From Thermofilum pendens Hrk 5 (GTDB taxonomy: Archaea > Thermoproteota > Thermoprotei > Thermofilales > Thermofilaceae): a DNA stretch of 32,000 bases. Below, piece by piece: positions 7,210-14,833 of this stretch; position 1 is the stretch's first letter; every line of letters starts with the position of its first letter. The DNA lies in NCBI RefSeq assembly GCF_000015225.1, contig NC_008698.1, forward strand, positions 1,380,001 through 1,412,000, written 5' to 3'. The position numbers were made by a program, and so were the translations under genes. Under the pieces are notes generated by a model that made no database searches, had not been told where the DNA came from, and saw nothing but the letters and a program-made list of their open reading frames with translations.

Positions 7210-7701
7210 CTAAGCTCGCTCGCTGGGTTGAACACCGCTCAACCCCGGCTGCATTATTGGTTTGCCGTCGCGCCTCATCCACCCGTACTTGCCGTCGCTA
7301 GTCCTATACCTCACCAGGTCGAGTTCCCGTATGATCCCGAGGACTCTCTCCTTGAACCTGTGCAGGGATCCGTCGTAGTCGCACGCTACTACTCCGTCGT
7401 AGCCTATGTTCACCATGAGCGATGTCCAGTCACCGCTTGTTAATACGTCGACTGTAGTTGTTACGAGGGTTAGCGGTTTGTCTACGTGCTTAGCTATAGC
7501 CTTGTACGCCCTGGCCCTAACTTCGAAGCCCCTAAGCGTCTTGAAGACCACGAATACGTCGACGTCGCTGCGCTCGCCAGCCTCGCACCTAGCGAAGCTT
7601 CCGAACAGCATGAGGCCTACGAACTCATCGCCGAACACCCTTCTAAGCTCTTTGCAGGCGTTGATTAGCCCGCTCCAAACGTCGTCGAGGCACATCTCCA
7701 T
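7210..7701 (-). CDS. Nucleotidyltransferase (MNT family) with a C-terminal extension, partner of HEPN 6803..7132
   Basis: Motif LMLFGSFARCEAGERSDVDVFVVF. Preferred start is ATG 7701 (MEMCLDD...). The track ORF starts at TTG 7767, only 4 nt from the TATA at 7771-7778. Confidence 0.8.
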   Translation of the reverse strand: MEMCLDDVWSGLINACKELRRVFGDEFVGLMLFGSFARCEAGERSDVDVFVVFKTLRGFEVRARAYKAIAKHVDKPLTLVTTTVDVLTSGDWTSLMVNIGYDGVVACDYDGSLHRFKERVLGIIRELDLVRYRTSDGKYGWMRRDGKPIMQPGLSGVQPSERA

Positions 7702-7770
7702 GATACGCACGGCGAGGGCAGAGATAAGCGTTGCGCGAACCAGGAGCTCATGCTTGTTGAAGGTCAACCC

Positions 7771-7778
7771 TTATATAC
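7771..7778. promoter_or_regulatory. TATA element (TTATATAC) in the divergent MNT / vapB spacer
   Basis: Lies ~33 nt upstream of vapB ATG 7808. May also serve the minus-strand MNT gene. Confidence 0.35.
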
Positions 7779-7807
7779 TACGTTCGTTACTACTTTTGGG
7801 GAAGACG

Positions 7808-8035
7808 ATGGGTGGCTACGTTACCGTCTCCGCTAAGGTTAGGAGGGAGCTTAAAGAGGAGGCGGAGAGGCTGGGTATCAGGATTTCCGAGGTTCTTAGG
7901 CGCGCGTTGGAGGAGGAGGTTAAGCGGCGCAAGCTGGAGGAGCTCGAGAAGAGGCTCGAAGCCATGCGCGGCGCGCTGGAGAGGATAGACGTCGAGAGGG
8001 TTGTGAGGGGGATTAGGGAGGATAGGGAGAGGTAG
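7808..8035 (+). CDS. vapB: VapB-type antitoxin (ribbon-helix-helix-like N-terminus + coiled-coil tail)
   Basis: MGGYVTVSAKVRRELKEEAERLGIRISEVLRRALEEE. 75 aa, ending 6 nt before the PIN gene. Only the last 75 codons of track ORF 7406..8035 look coding. Confidence 0.75.
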   Translation: MGGYVTVSAKVRRELKEEAERLGIRISEVLRRALEEEVKRRKLEELEKRLEAMRGALERIDVERVVRGIREDRER

Positions 8036-8041
8036 CCCTGG

Positions 8042-8443
8042 ATGGAGAGGAGGTTCCTCCTGGACGCCTCGTCGGTCGTGCAGGCCTTGAAGCTCGGGAA
8101 CTTGAGGGTAATCTACGGGAACTACATCCAGTGGCTTACCGTATACGAGGTTGTTAACGCGCTTTGGAAGGAGGCCCTGCTGGCCGGTAGTATAAGCGTC
8201 GAGGAGGCCTCCAACCTGGTCGAGGTGTTCGCCGAGACCGTTAAGCTCGTAGAGGTGCTGAGCCCCCACCCGTACGAGGCGGAGATACTGGAGACAGCCG
8301 CCAAGCTGGGGTTAACGGCTTACGACGCGTCCTACGTGGTGCTAGCGATAAGGAACGGTTTATCCCTGGTGACCGAGGACAGGGTGCTGAGGGAGAAGGC
8401 GAAAGGCGTAGTTAAAGCTGTGAGCCTAAGGGAAGTACTCTAG
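8042..8443 (+). CDS. vapC: PIN-domain ribonuclease toxin VapC
   Basis: 133 aa. Acidic PIN residues in FLLDASSVV, ..YEVVNAL.., LTAYDASYVVLA and LVTEDRVL. Confidence 0.85.
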   Translation: MERRFLLDASSVVQALKLGNLRVIYGNYIQWLTVYEVVNALWKEALLAGSISVEEASNLVEVFAETVKLVEVLSPHPYEAEILETAAKLGLTAYDASYVVLAIRNGLSLVTEDRVLREKAKGVVKAVSLREVL

Positions 8444-8452
8444 AGCGCACGC

Positions 8453-8998
8453 TCAAACAGGCTTGTTCGGCGGGGGCAGGACGCCTCTCTTCAACAGGAA
8501 ACCCTTCGCCATCGCTATGGCGACCCTCAGCTTCCCCGCGTACCTCGCCAGCTCCTCCCTCCTGCTCTCCCTCCACTCCATGATGAGCAAGTCGTGTATC
8601 TTTTCGAGTTCGAAGACGTCGTCCCACGTCAGCTCGTCGGGGTCCTTGGATAGGAGCTGGCCGAGCCTCTCGTAAACCTCCTTCGTGTAGTACTTCGTCT
8701 TGGGCTGAGGCCTGGAGACAGCCAAGAGGGTCTGGAGAGCCTTGTACTCGGTGCCCGCTAGGAGCCCTTTGCCTACCTGTATGGAGAGCAGAGCCTCGTT
8801 GAAGTCGACTAAGCTGTTAACGCTTCTAGTGATCTCGTCGAGCCTGCTCTCTAAGCCGCCAAGCCTACTCTCTAGGCCGCTTAACCTTTTCTCGACGTAA
8901 GCAATCCTCCTCTCGATGTAGACTACCAGGATTGCTATGGCTGTGGCTACGAGGGGGGCTTGCGTAACGAGTAGCGAGACGAGGTCGAGCAACTCCAT
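8453..8998 (-). CDS. Hypothetical membrane-anchored coiled-coil protein
   Basis: N-terminal hydrophobic helix (LVTQAPLVATAIAILVVYI). Tandem RLSGLESRLGGLESRL encoded by a 2 x 21-nt repeat at 8841-8882. Helical C-terminal domain. No recognisable catalytic motif. Confidence 0.6.
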   Translation of the reverse strand: MELLDLVSLLVTQAPLVATAIAILVVYIERRIAYVEKRLSGLESRLGGLESRLDEITRSVNSLVDFNEALLSIQVGKGLLAGTEYKALQTLLAVSRPQPKTKYYTKEVYERLGQLLSKDPDELTWDDVFELEKIHDLLIMEWRESRREELARYAGKLRVAIAMAKGFLLKRGVLPPPNKPV

Positions 8999-9067
8999 AG
9001 CCTATACGTTAAGTCCGGCTCGGTAGATTAAAGCTTTACCGCGACAGGAGCCAAAAAGCTCACCCCT

Positions 9068-10254
9068 CTACGCGCGGCCGGGAGAAAAGCGCGTCGCCAG
9101 CGCGGCGGTGGCTGGCAGGGAGGCTAGTAGCACCGAGGAGGCTACCAGCAACGCCGGGAGGCTTTGAGCGGCAATGCCGGCGGCCAGGCTGAACGGGAGC
9201 CCCGCCAGGGCTCCCAACACGTAGAGAGTTGCAAGCGCCTTGCCGACGTCGCCTCCCATGCTTCTCTGCACCGCCGAGAGGATCCAGAGGAAAAACGCGC
9301 CGTTCCCGAAGCCGTTCAACGTCGAGAAGGCGAGTAGGATCGTGGCGAGGAGAAGGCTGGGCTCCGCGGACATGGATAGCCCCAGCAAGGCGGGGTACGC
9401 GGAGAGGAGCAACAGGCCGGCGTAGAGGAAGCCTTCCCCGAGGACGCCCCTCCTCGCGGCCAGCGCGCTCGCAGCCAGGGAGCCTAGCCCGGTGAGGGCG
9501 GAGAGCAGGGAGTAGCTAGCCGTGAAGCCTGGTAGCACTTCCCCGAGCCTGCCCGCTACAAGCGCCACCGAGACGTTTACGAGCGCACCCACGCCGGATA
9601 TCGCCGTTGAGAGTACTAGGGCGAGGCGCGGGGCCCTGGAGCCTGCGAGCCTGCACAGCGCTTGGAGAAAGCCGCCGCCGGGCCCTATTGGCGCGTTTAG
9701 GCCTCTACGCGCCAGTACAGCCGTTAACAGTGCGAGGGCTGAGAGCTCGAGGGCGACAGCCGCGGAGATGCCCGCGGGGCCGGCGGAGGCCATCCACGCG
9801 GCTAGAGGGGGGCCCGCCACCATGGCGATGGAGTACGACACTTCGAGCACGGCGTTGACCCTCTCGGGAGCCTCCGGGTCGAGGATGGGGGCAGGGCGTA
9901 CTTCAAAGCGCCGTACGACGCGAGGACCGCTTCCAGGCCGAGCGCTAGGAGGACTAGGAGGGTCGGGGGCGGCGCTCGGAGGCTTAGCGCCCAGTGTGCG
10001 GCGGCTGTGAAGACGGGGATGGACCAGGCTGTGCACAGCAGGACGAGGCCTGCCCCCTTCTTGTCCGCGGCGTAGCCCAGGAGGATTGTTAGCGCGGCGG
10101 AGGCTAGGAGGCGGGCGGCGAAAACCGCGGATACCGCTAGGGCTCCGCCGGCCCGGGTGTACGCGGCTTCCAGCAGGCATAGAGACACGTACCACAGCGC
10201 AACGCTCACGGAGAGGTCTGCAACGCCGAGTACGAGCGAGCCGCGGGTCTCCAC
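9068..10254 (-). pseudogene. MFS transporter (MFS_3/EntS-like) split by a frameshift in a G5/C5 homopolymer
   Basis: The N-terminal ~120 codons are in the frame of ORF 9802..10254 (GTG 10254; ...LEAVLASYGALKYALP). The C-terminal ~270 codons are in the frame of ORF 9068..10396 (PILDPEAPERVNAVLEVSYSIAMVAGPP...). The frames meet at the G5 run 9887-9891; one extra C/G would restore ..KYALPPILDPE... Confidence 0.75.
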
Positions 10255-10377
10255 GCGTAGCCCTAGCCCCTCTTGACGTAAAAGTTTTCTGCATAGAGGT
10301 AATTTGCAAAACTGCTTTAGCTGTCCGAGGGCTGGTATAGCTTTTTGTCGAAACTGTTTTCGATAAAGTTTTTAAGA

Positions 10378-11094
10378 ATGAAAAGCGCCCTCCCAAGCGT
10401 GGTTACGCCGCAGGAAGTCGGCTGGACTATCGCCCTCTTCGCCTGGGTAATGTTCGTAGTGCTCGTCGTGGCTAAGGCTACCTACAACTTCTTCGTTAAG
10501 AGGAGCAACGAGCGCGTCGCTATCTACTACGCCAGGAAGGTTATACACATCCTCGCCGGGGGGCTTGTCGCGGCGGTTATCGCGTACTTCCCGATATTCT
10601 CGACCCCCGTACTGCCGTTCGCGATGGCGATGGTGCTGGCTCTCCTAACTTACCTGCCTCACAGGACGGGCAAGCTGATGTACTGGTTCCAGGACCCCGA
10701 GAACATCTACGAGGTGGACTTCTGCTTGATGTGGGGCGTGTTCGTCGTTCTCGGCTGGTTCGTCGGGAGGGACCTTAAGCTGGCCAACCCGTTCCTGTTC
10801 CCAGCGCTCCCCCTGCTCTTCATGGCTGTCGGCGACGGGGTTACGGGGATAGTTAGGAACGCTCTCTTCAAGAGGAGGGTTAAGCACTGGAGCGGGAACC
10901 TCGCGATGTTCATAGTGTCCGCCGCCATGGCTGTCGCCATGGGGTTCGGCGTCCCGGGAGTACTGTCCGCCGCCCTCGCCAGCCTGGTGGAGAGGTGGGA
11001 GTACATCGGAAAGCTGAGGATAGACGACAACGTCTCCGTGCCGACGGTCTCCTTCGCCGCCCTCTACCTGCTCACGCGGTACGTGCCGGTCTAG
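10378..11094 (+). CDS. Polytopic membrane protein of the CTP-dependent polyprenol (dolichol/phytol) kinase / CdsA-like superfamily
   Basis: Motifs ARKVIHILAGG, AVGDGVTGIVRNALFKRRVKHWSGNLAMF and DDNVSVP. ATG 10378; alternative TTG 10345. Confidence 0.55.
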   Translation: MKSALPSVVTPQEVGWTIALFAWVMFVVLVVAKATYNFFVKRSNERVAIYYARKVIHILAGGLVAAVIAYFPIFSTPVLPFAMAMVLALLTYLPHRTGKLMYWFQDPENIYEVDFCLMWGVFVVLGWFVGRDLKLANPFLFPALPLLFMAVGDGVTGIVRNALFKRRVKHWSGNLAMFIVSAAMAVAMGFGVPGVLSAALASLVERWEYIGKLRIDDNVSVPTVSFAALYLLTRYVPV

Positions 11095-12710
11095 GCATCG
11101 GCGTACTCGGGCGTCCTCGAGACCTCTCGGGTAGCTAGCAGACGCTTTTCTTCCTGTATGAGTCTGAGGGCGTACTCCTCGTACTGGTATATCTTCGCGG
11201 ACACCGCGAGCCTGAAGCCGCTCGGGGGGCTGACCACTATCGCCTCCCCCCTGTCGAGGGTCTTTATCTCGGCTTCGGCCTCGTCGAGGTACGGGCTGTG
11301 GTTCATGACGGCGAGGTAGTCGGGCCTCGTTGGAAGGGAGAGTATGACCTTGGTGAGCGCCTGCCTCACCACCGCGTCCATGAGCTCGCTGGGCATCTGC
11401 GTTATGTAGAGCCCTCCGACCTTGTACTTCCTGCCCCTCTTCGCTATTATGGAGAACACGTTCTCCCTGACCTCCCCCTTCCCGCCCAGCGCCTGGGACC
11501 CGAGGTACCTGTGCGCCTCCTCCACCATTATGAGCACGGGCGGGAGCTGGCTCCACTTCTCCGGGAGCTCCTTGCGCATCCTCTCGTAGGCCCTGAATAC
11601 CCTCTCGGCGACCACGGTCGCTAGGAGCTTTTCCTCGCCTTCCGTCGCGAAGGGGGTTTCTATGAGAACGACCCTGCCCTTGAGGACCATCGAGAGAACG
11701 GCCGCCGCCAGGTCGTAGCCGCAGTCCCTGCAGAATACCGAGCCGTCCCCCGTCAGGTACCTGATCTTCCTCTTAGTAACGCTGATCGTGTTGACGCCCG
11801 CCATCCTGCCGAGCCTCGAGTAGACTGTCCTCGCGTCCCCCGAGAGGAGCGCCTCCACCCACCCCTCCCCGAACTGCTTGTAGGCAAGCCAGAGTAGCTC
11901 CTCCTGGGGGCTCGAGAACTCGCCCGTGAGCGCGAAGTCCCCCGGCTTGAGGCGCGAGACGTCCATCTTGAGGGGGTAGGCCGGTATGCTCCTCTCCTCC
12001 CCGAGCTCCGGGAGCTCTACCCTCAGCCTCCCGGGCCTGGGGACCCTGGCCGACACGAGGAAGAGGTACTCCTCGGAGAACGGCAGGTGCGCCAGTCCCA
12101 TCTCGCCCGGCTTCGAGCCCAGCAGGTACTCGCTCTCGCAGTCGAATACGACGAGGCTGTACCTCCCCCTGAGGTGCAGTATCGAGGCTGCCAGGACCCT
12201 GCCGAAGTTGCTCTTACCCGCCCCCGTCCCGCCGACCACGAGTATGTGGTGGGGGATTGTCTTCGCGCCGTCCAGCGCGACCTCGACGTCCACGGCGCTG
12301 TGGCCGAACCTCACCCTGCCTATCGGTATGTCCCCCGTGTGGAGCCTGAGCATCTTCAAGTCCTCCTCGCCGAGCTCCTCGACGGGGGAGAAGAGGGCCG
12401 GGACGCTGCTCGGCCCGTGAACCTCGCCGTCCTCGTCTATCTGCGCCACTATGGTAGCTATGGCTGTGTCGTAGAGCCTGAGGTCCCTGTCCCTCAGCTG
12501 GGGCTTCTCGCCTCTGTCCGCCTTGCTACTAATGATCGCTACCTCCGCCGGCGTCAAGAGGCTCTCGGGCTTGAAGTCCACTACCTTCAACACGTACCTC
12601 CTGCCGCGGTCTACGACCTTTACCAGCATCCCCCTCTCGACGACAGAGTCCTCGGCTATCCTGAACTTCACGGTGACGCCCTCAGCCCACACGACGACGC
12701 CGAGCCTCAA
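11091..12710 (-). CDS. herA: HerA-like hexameric ATPase/translocase (FtsK-HerA superfamily, DUF87)
   Basis: N-terminal HAS-barrel-like VKFRIAEDSVVERGMLVKVVDRGRRYVLKVVDF. Walker A HHILVVGGTGAGKSN. Walker B-like PVLIMVEEAHRY. TTG 12710 overlaps the nurA TGA (TTGA); alternative GTG 12725. Confidence 0.85.
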   Translation of the reverse strand: MRLGVVVWAEGVTVKFRIAEDSVVERGMLVKVVDRGRRYVLKVVDFKPESLLTPAEVAIISSKADRGEKPQLRDRDLRLYDTAIATIVAQIDEDGEVHGPSSVPALFSPVEELGEEDLKMLRLHTGDIPIGRVRFGHSAVDVEVALDGAKTIPHHILVVGGTGAGKSNFGRVLAASILHLRGRYSLVVFDCESEYLLGSKPGEMGLAHLPFSEEYLFLVSARVPRPGRLRVELPELGEERSIPAYPLKMDVSRLKPGDFALTGEFSSPQEELLWLAYKQFGEGWVEALLSGDARTVYSRLGRMAGVNTISVTKRKIRYLTGDGSVFCRDCGYDLAAAVLSMVLKGRVVLIETPFATEGEEKLLATVVAERVFRAYERMRKELPEKWSQLPPVLIMVEEAHRYLGSQALGGKGEVRENVFSIIAKRGRKYKVGGLYITQMPSELMDAVVRQALTKVILSLPTRPDYLAVMNHSPYLDEAEAEIKTLDRGEAIVVSPPSGFRLAVSAKIYQYEEYALRLIQEEKRLLATREVSRTPEYADA

Positions 12711-13729
12711 CCCACACCACCCCACAGGTACTTCGACTTGAACTCGGAGCCCCCGCTGTCCTCCAGGAGCCTCCTACCCGCGGACTCCGCCCTGCCCACC
12801 CCGAGCTCCTCCAGGAGTAGCTCCCTGTCCATCGAGAGCTCGTCATCGCTAATCCTCGAAAGGTTGTGCACGATCTTCAGCGGCAACGGGTAGCCCGGAG
12901 AGGTGAAGTCCTGGAGGTACGCGAGCATGCCGGCCAGGTAGTCGAAGTCGGCCCTCACGGCCAGCTCCCACGTCACGTCGACCCTGAACGCCGCCGCGTC
13001 CGGCGACAGCCTCGCCGCGCCGACCCCTAGCCCCACACCCCCCAGCCTCTCGCCCTCGAGGAGCGGGTAGTACGCCCAGGGAAGCCCCTTGAAGAGCCTG
13101 TTCCCGAGCCTCGCGACGTAGCCGACCGCGCTTTCGCCGCTCGAGAGGCGTATAGAGGAGGACTTCGGGATCCCGACGACCCTCCAGTCCCTCTCGACCA
13201 GCGCCTTGAAGACCCTCCTAGCCCTAGAGCCCGACCTGAAGAAGAGGGGCCTGTCCAGTAGTATCAGCGCACCCGGGTTCTCCTTGGCGAACCTCAGCGC
13301 AGCTTCGAGCTCGACCTCCGCGAGCCAGTCGCCAGCCTCGTCCAGGCTCTCGACGACCCTAACCCTCTTTACGGGGTCGAATATCTTGACGCGCTCAACC
13401 CCCCTCCACGCGCCCGCGGCGACCTTCGCGGAGACTATCTTAAAGCTCCCCGCGTCGAAGAGTACCCTCGCCGCCGCGTCGACTGCGTAGACGAGCTCCC
13501 TGTGCGGGACCTCCTCCACAGCCCTGAACCTCGACTCCGAGACCGGTGGCCCCCTCACGACGACGCCCTCGAACCTAGCGTACGGGTAGGGGCGCGCGGG
13601 CTCGCCGAGGAGGGTTAGCTGCACAGCCCCGCCGCTCTTCCTGTAGATCTCGTTCACCCTTTCGACGAGCATCTCGACGTCCGCGCCTAGGTAGCCAGCC
13701 TTCTCGAGTAGCGCCACGCCTGCCACCAA
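12707..13729 (-). CDS. nurA: NurA-like 5'-3' nuclease
   Basis: Motifs LVYAVDAAARV, ALILLDRPLFF and SPGYPLPLKIVHNLSRISDDE (NurA-type D/E/D/H set). Start at TTG 13729 or GTG 13726, 23-26 nt downstream of the TATA at 13747-13756. The 63 upstream codons of the track ORF cover AT-rich repeats and look non-coding. Confidence 0.75.
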   Translation of the reverse strand: MVAGVALLEKAGYLGADVEMLVERVNEIYRKSGGAVQLTLLGEPARPYPYARFEGVVVRGPPVSESRFRAVEEVPHRELVYAVDAAARVLFDAGSFKIVSAKVAAGAWRGVERVKIFDPVKRVRVVESLDEAGDWLAEVELEAALRFAKENPGALILLDRPLFFRSGSRARRVFKALVERDWRVVGIPKSSSIRLSSGESAVGYVARLGNRLFKGLPWAYYPLLEGERLGGVGLGVGAARLSPDAAAFRVDVTWELAVRADFDYLAGMLAYLQDFTSPGYPLPLKIVHNLSRISDDELSMDRELLLEELGVGRAESAGRRLLEDSGGSEFKSKYLWGGVG

Positions 13730-13746
13730 GCATGAGTACTTTTTAC

Positions 13747-13756
13747 TTTTTATAAA
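13747..13756 (-). promoter_or_regulatory. TATA box (minus strand TTTATAAAAA) for nurA-herA
   Basis: Classic leaderless spacing to TTG/GTG at 13729/13726. Confidence 0.55.
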
Positions 13757-13819
13757 GGGTAGCGAAGGTACCTCCGTGAAACAACCAACTAGGGGTCGTC
13801 CGACCGTAGTGCGAAGGTA

Positions 13820-13919
13820 AAACGGTAGCATTTTACTGCAACCTTTTCCCGTCGGGAAGCACGGGAAGAATGGTTGCGTTAAAACGTTACCGTTGCTGCT
13901 TCTCTGAAACGGTAGCATT
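13820..13919. repeat. Operator-like repeats: perfect 13-nt direct repeat AAACGGTAGCATT (13820-13832, 13907-13919) plus an inverted partial copy and a palindrome
   Basis: Read directly. The inverted partial copy AACGGTAACGTTTT is the complement of 13881-13894. The palindrome TTCCCGTCGGGAA is at 13845-13857. Hairpin GTAAAA-N8-TTTTAC is at 13817-13836. Confidence 0.6.
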
Positions 13920-13981
13920 AAGCATATATACTAGTAGCGCGCAGTAAGTACGGATGCAGTAAGAGCGTTCCGTGAGCAGCG

Positions 13982-14827
13982 ATGGTAGTGACTGTCCACT
14001 ACGTGGGCTTCCACCCCCGCCTGATCCTCGAGGGCTTCGAGAGGGTCAGGCTGAGGCACCCGGTCGAGCGAGTGTACCTCCTCTACGACGGGAAGCCGGA
14101 CAAGTACGGCGCCGTCTCGAGGTACAACGTGAAGAGGCTCGCAGAGGTGCTCTCGTTCTTCAAGCCCGTCCTCGTAAAGGTTAACCCGCTGAGCCAGGAG
14201 AGCATAGCCTCGCAGGTCTACCAGGTGTTGCTCCACGAGAAGAGGCTGGGCGCCTCGGAGGTGCTGATAGACGTTACCGACATGCCGCCGCTAATGGTCG
14301 CAGTCGTGTCGACGGTGGCGTTGATGTTCCCGAACTGCAGGCTTTACGCCGTGCAACCCGAGCAGATAGGCGCCTTCATACCGGACCCCGAGACCCCCGA
14401 GTTCGCCGACTTCATAAGAGCTAAGGACAACCTGACGGCCTCCGACCTGAAGACTGTCGATAGGCCCAGGGTGAGCCTAGAGGTTATCGACGACGGGGAG
14501 GGCGGGGAGGAAGCCCGCAGAGTCCTAGTAACGCTGTACGTGAAGGGCTCCGCCGACAGCATAACGACCCTGATACGCTGGGTTACGGGGCTACCGCCGG
14601 ACAGGAAGCCCGACCCAACGCTCAAAGCGAGCTACAGCAGGCTAGTCTCGGAGCTGGAGGAGAGAGGCCTCGTCGTCAGGAGGCACGAGGGAAGGAATAG
14701 GAGCGTCGAGCTCACAGACCTCGGGAAGGCCATAGCGGAGGCATACCTGAAGCTCGGGGAAACCCCGTCCCCGAAGCTACCGCCGCTCCCAATGCCCAAG
14801 CCCGCGACAACCCTCGACCTCGCGTAG
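13982..14827 (+). CDS. Putative transcriptional regulator: Csa3/CARF-like N-terminal Rossmann-type domain + C-terminal winged helix-turn-helix
   Basis: N-terminus MVVTVHYVGFHPRLILEGF... and ..VLIDVTDMPPLMVAVVSTVALMF resemble the Csa3 beta1-GF and D-x-T-x-G-x-R segments. C-terminus SYSRLVSELEERGLVVRRHEGRNRSVELTDLGKAIAEAY is wHTH-like. Pro-rich tail. Confidence 0.5.
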   Translation: MVVTVHYVGFHPRLILEGFERVRLRHPVERVYLLYDGKPDKYGAVSRYNVKRLAEVLSFFKPVLVKVNPLSQESIASQVYQVLLHEKRLGASEVLIDVTDMPPLMVAVVSTVALMFPNCRLYAVQPEQIGAFIPDPETPEFADFIRAKDNLTASDLKTVDRPRVSLEVIDDGEGGEEARRVLVTLYVKGSADSITTLIRWVTGLPPDRKPDPTLKASYSRLVSELEERGLVVRRHEGRNRSVELTDLGKAIAEAYLKLGETPSPKLPPLPMPKPATTLDLA

Positions 14828-14833
14828 CCCCCT

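Noticed and set aside
7406-7807. The N-terminal 134 codons of track ORF 7406..8035.
   Set aside because: They are antisense to the MNT gene and Ser/Thr/Leu-rich. The real product is the 75-aa VapB starting at ATG 7808, downstream of a TATA box.
9030-9041. Recurring TAAAGCTTTAC-like strings (9030-9041, 17188-17198, 19617-19628).
   Set aside because: They are short and contain the palindromic AAGCTT core. One copy is inside the protease CDS. There is no consistent context, so this is likely chance.
9890-10396. The N-terminal ~170 residues of the 442-aa ORF 9068..10396 (Arg/Pro-rich).
   Set aside because: This is out-of-frame read-through over the real MFS N-terminus, which is encoded in the frame of ORF 9802..10254. 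The only coding part of the long ORF is downstream of the G5 frameshift.
13730-13918. The first 63 codons of track ORF 12707..13918 (MLPFQRSS...MLPFYLRT...).
   Set aside because: They cover AT-rich DNA repeats and a TATA box. NurA homology starts only after TTG/GTG at 13729/13726, which has ideal leaderless spacing.
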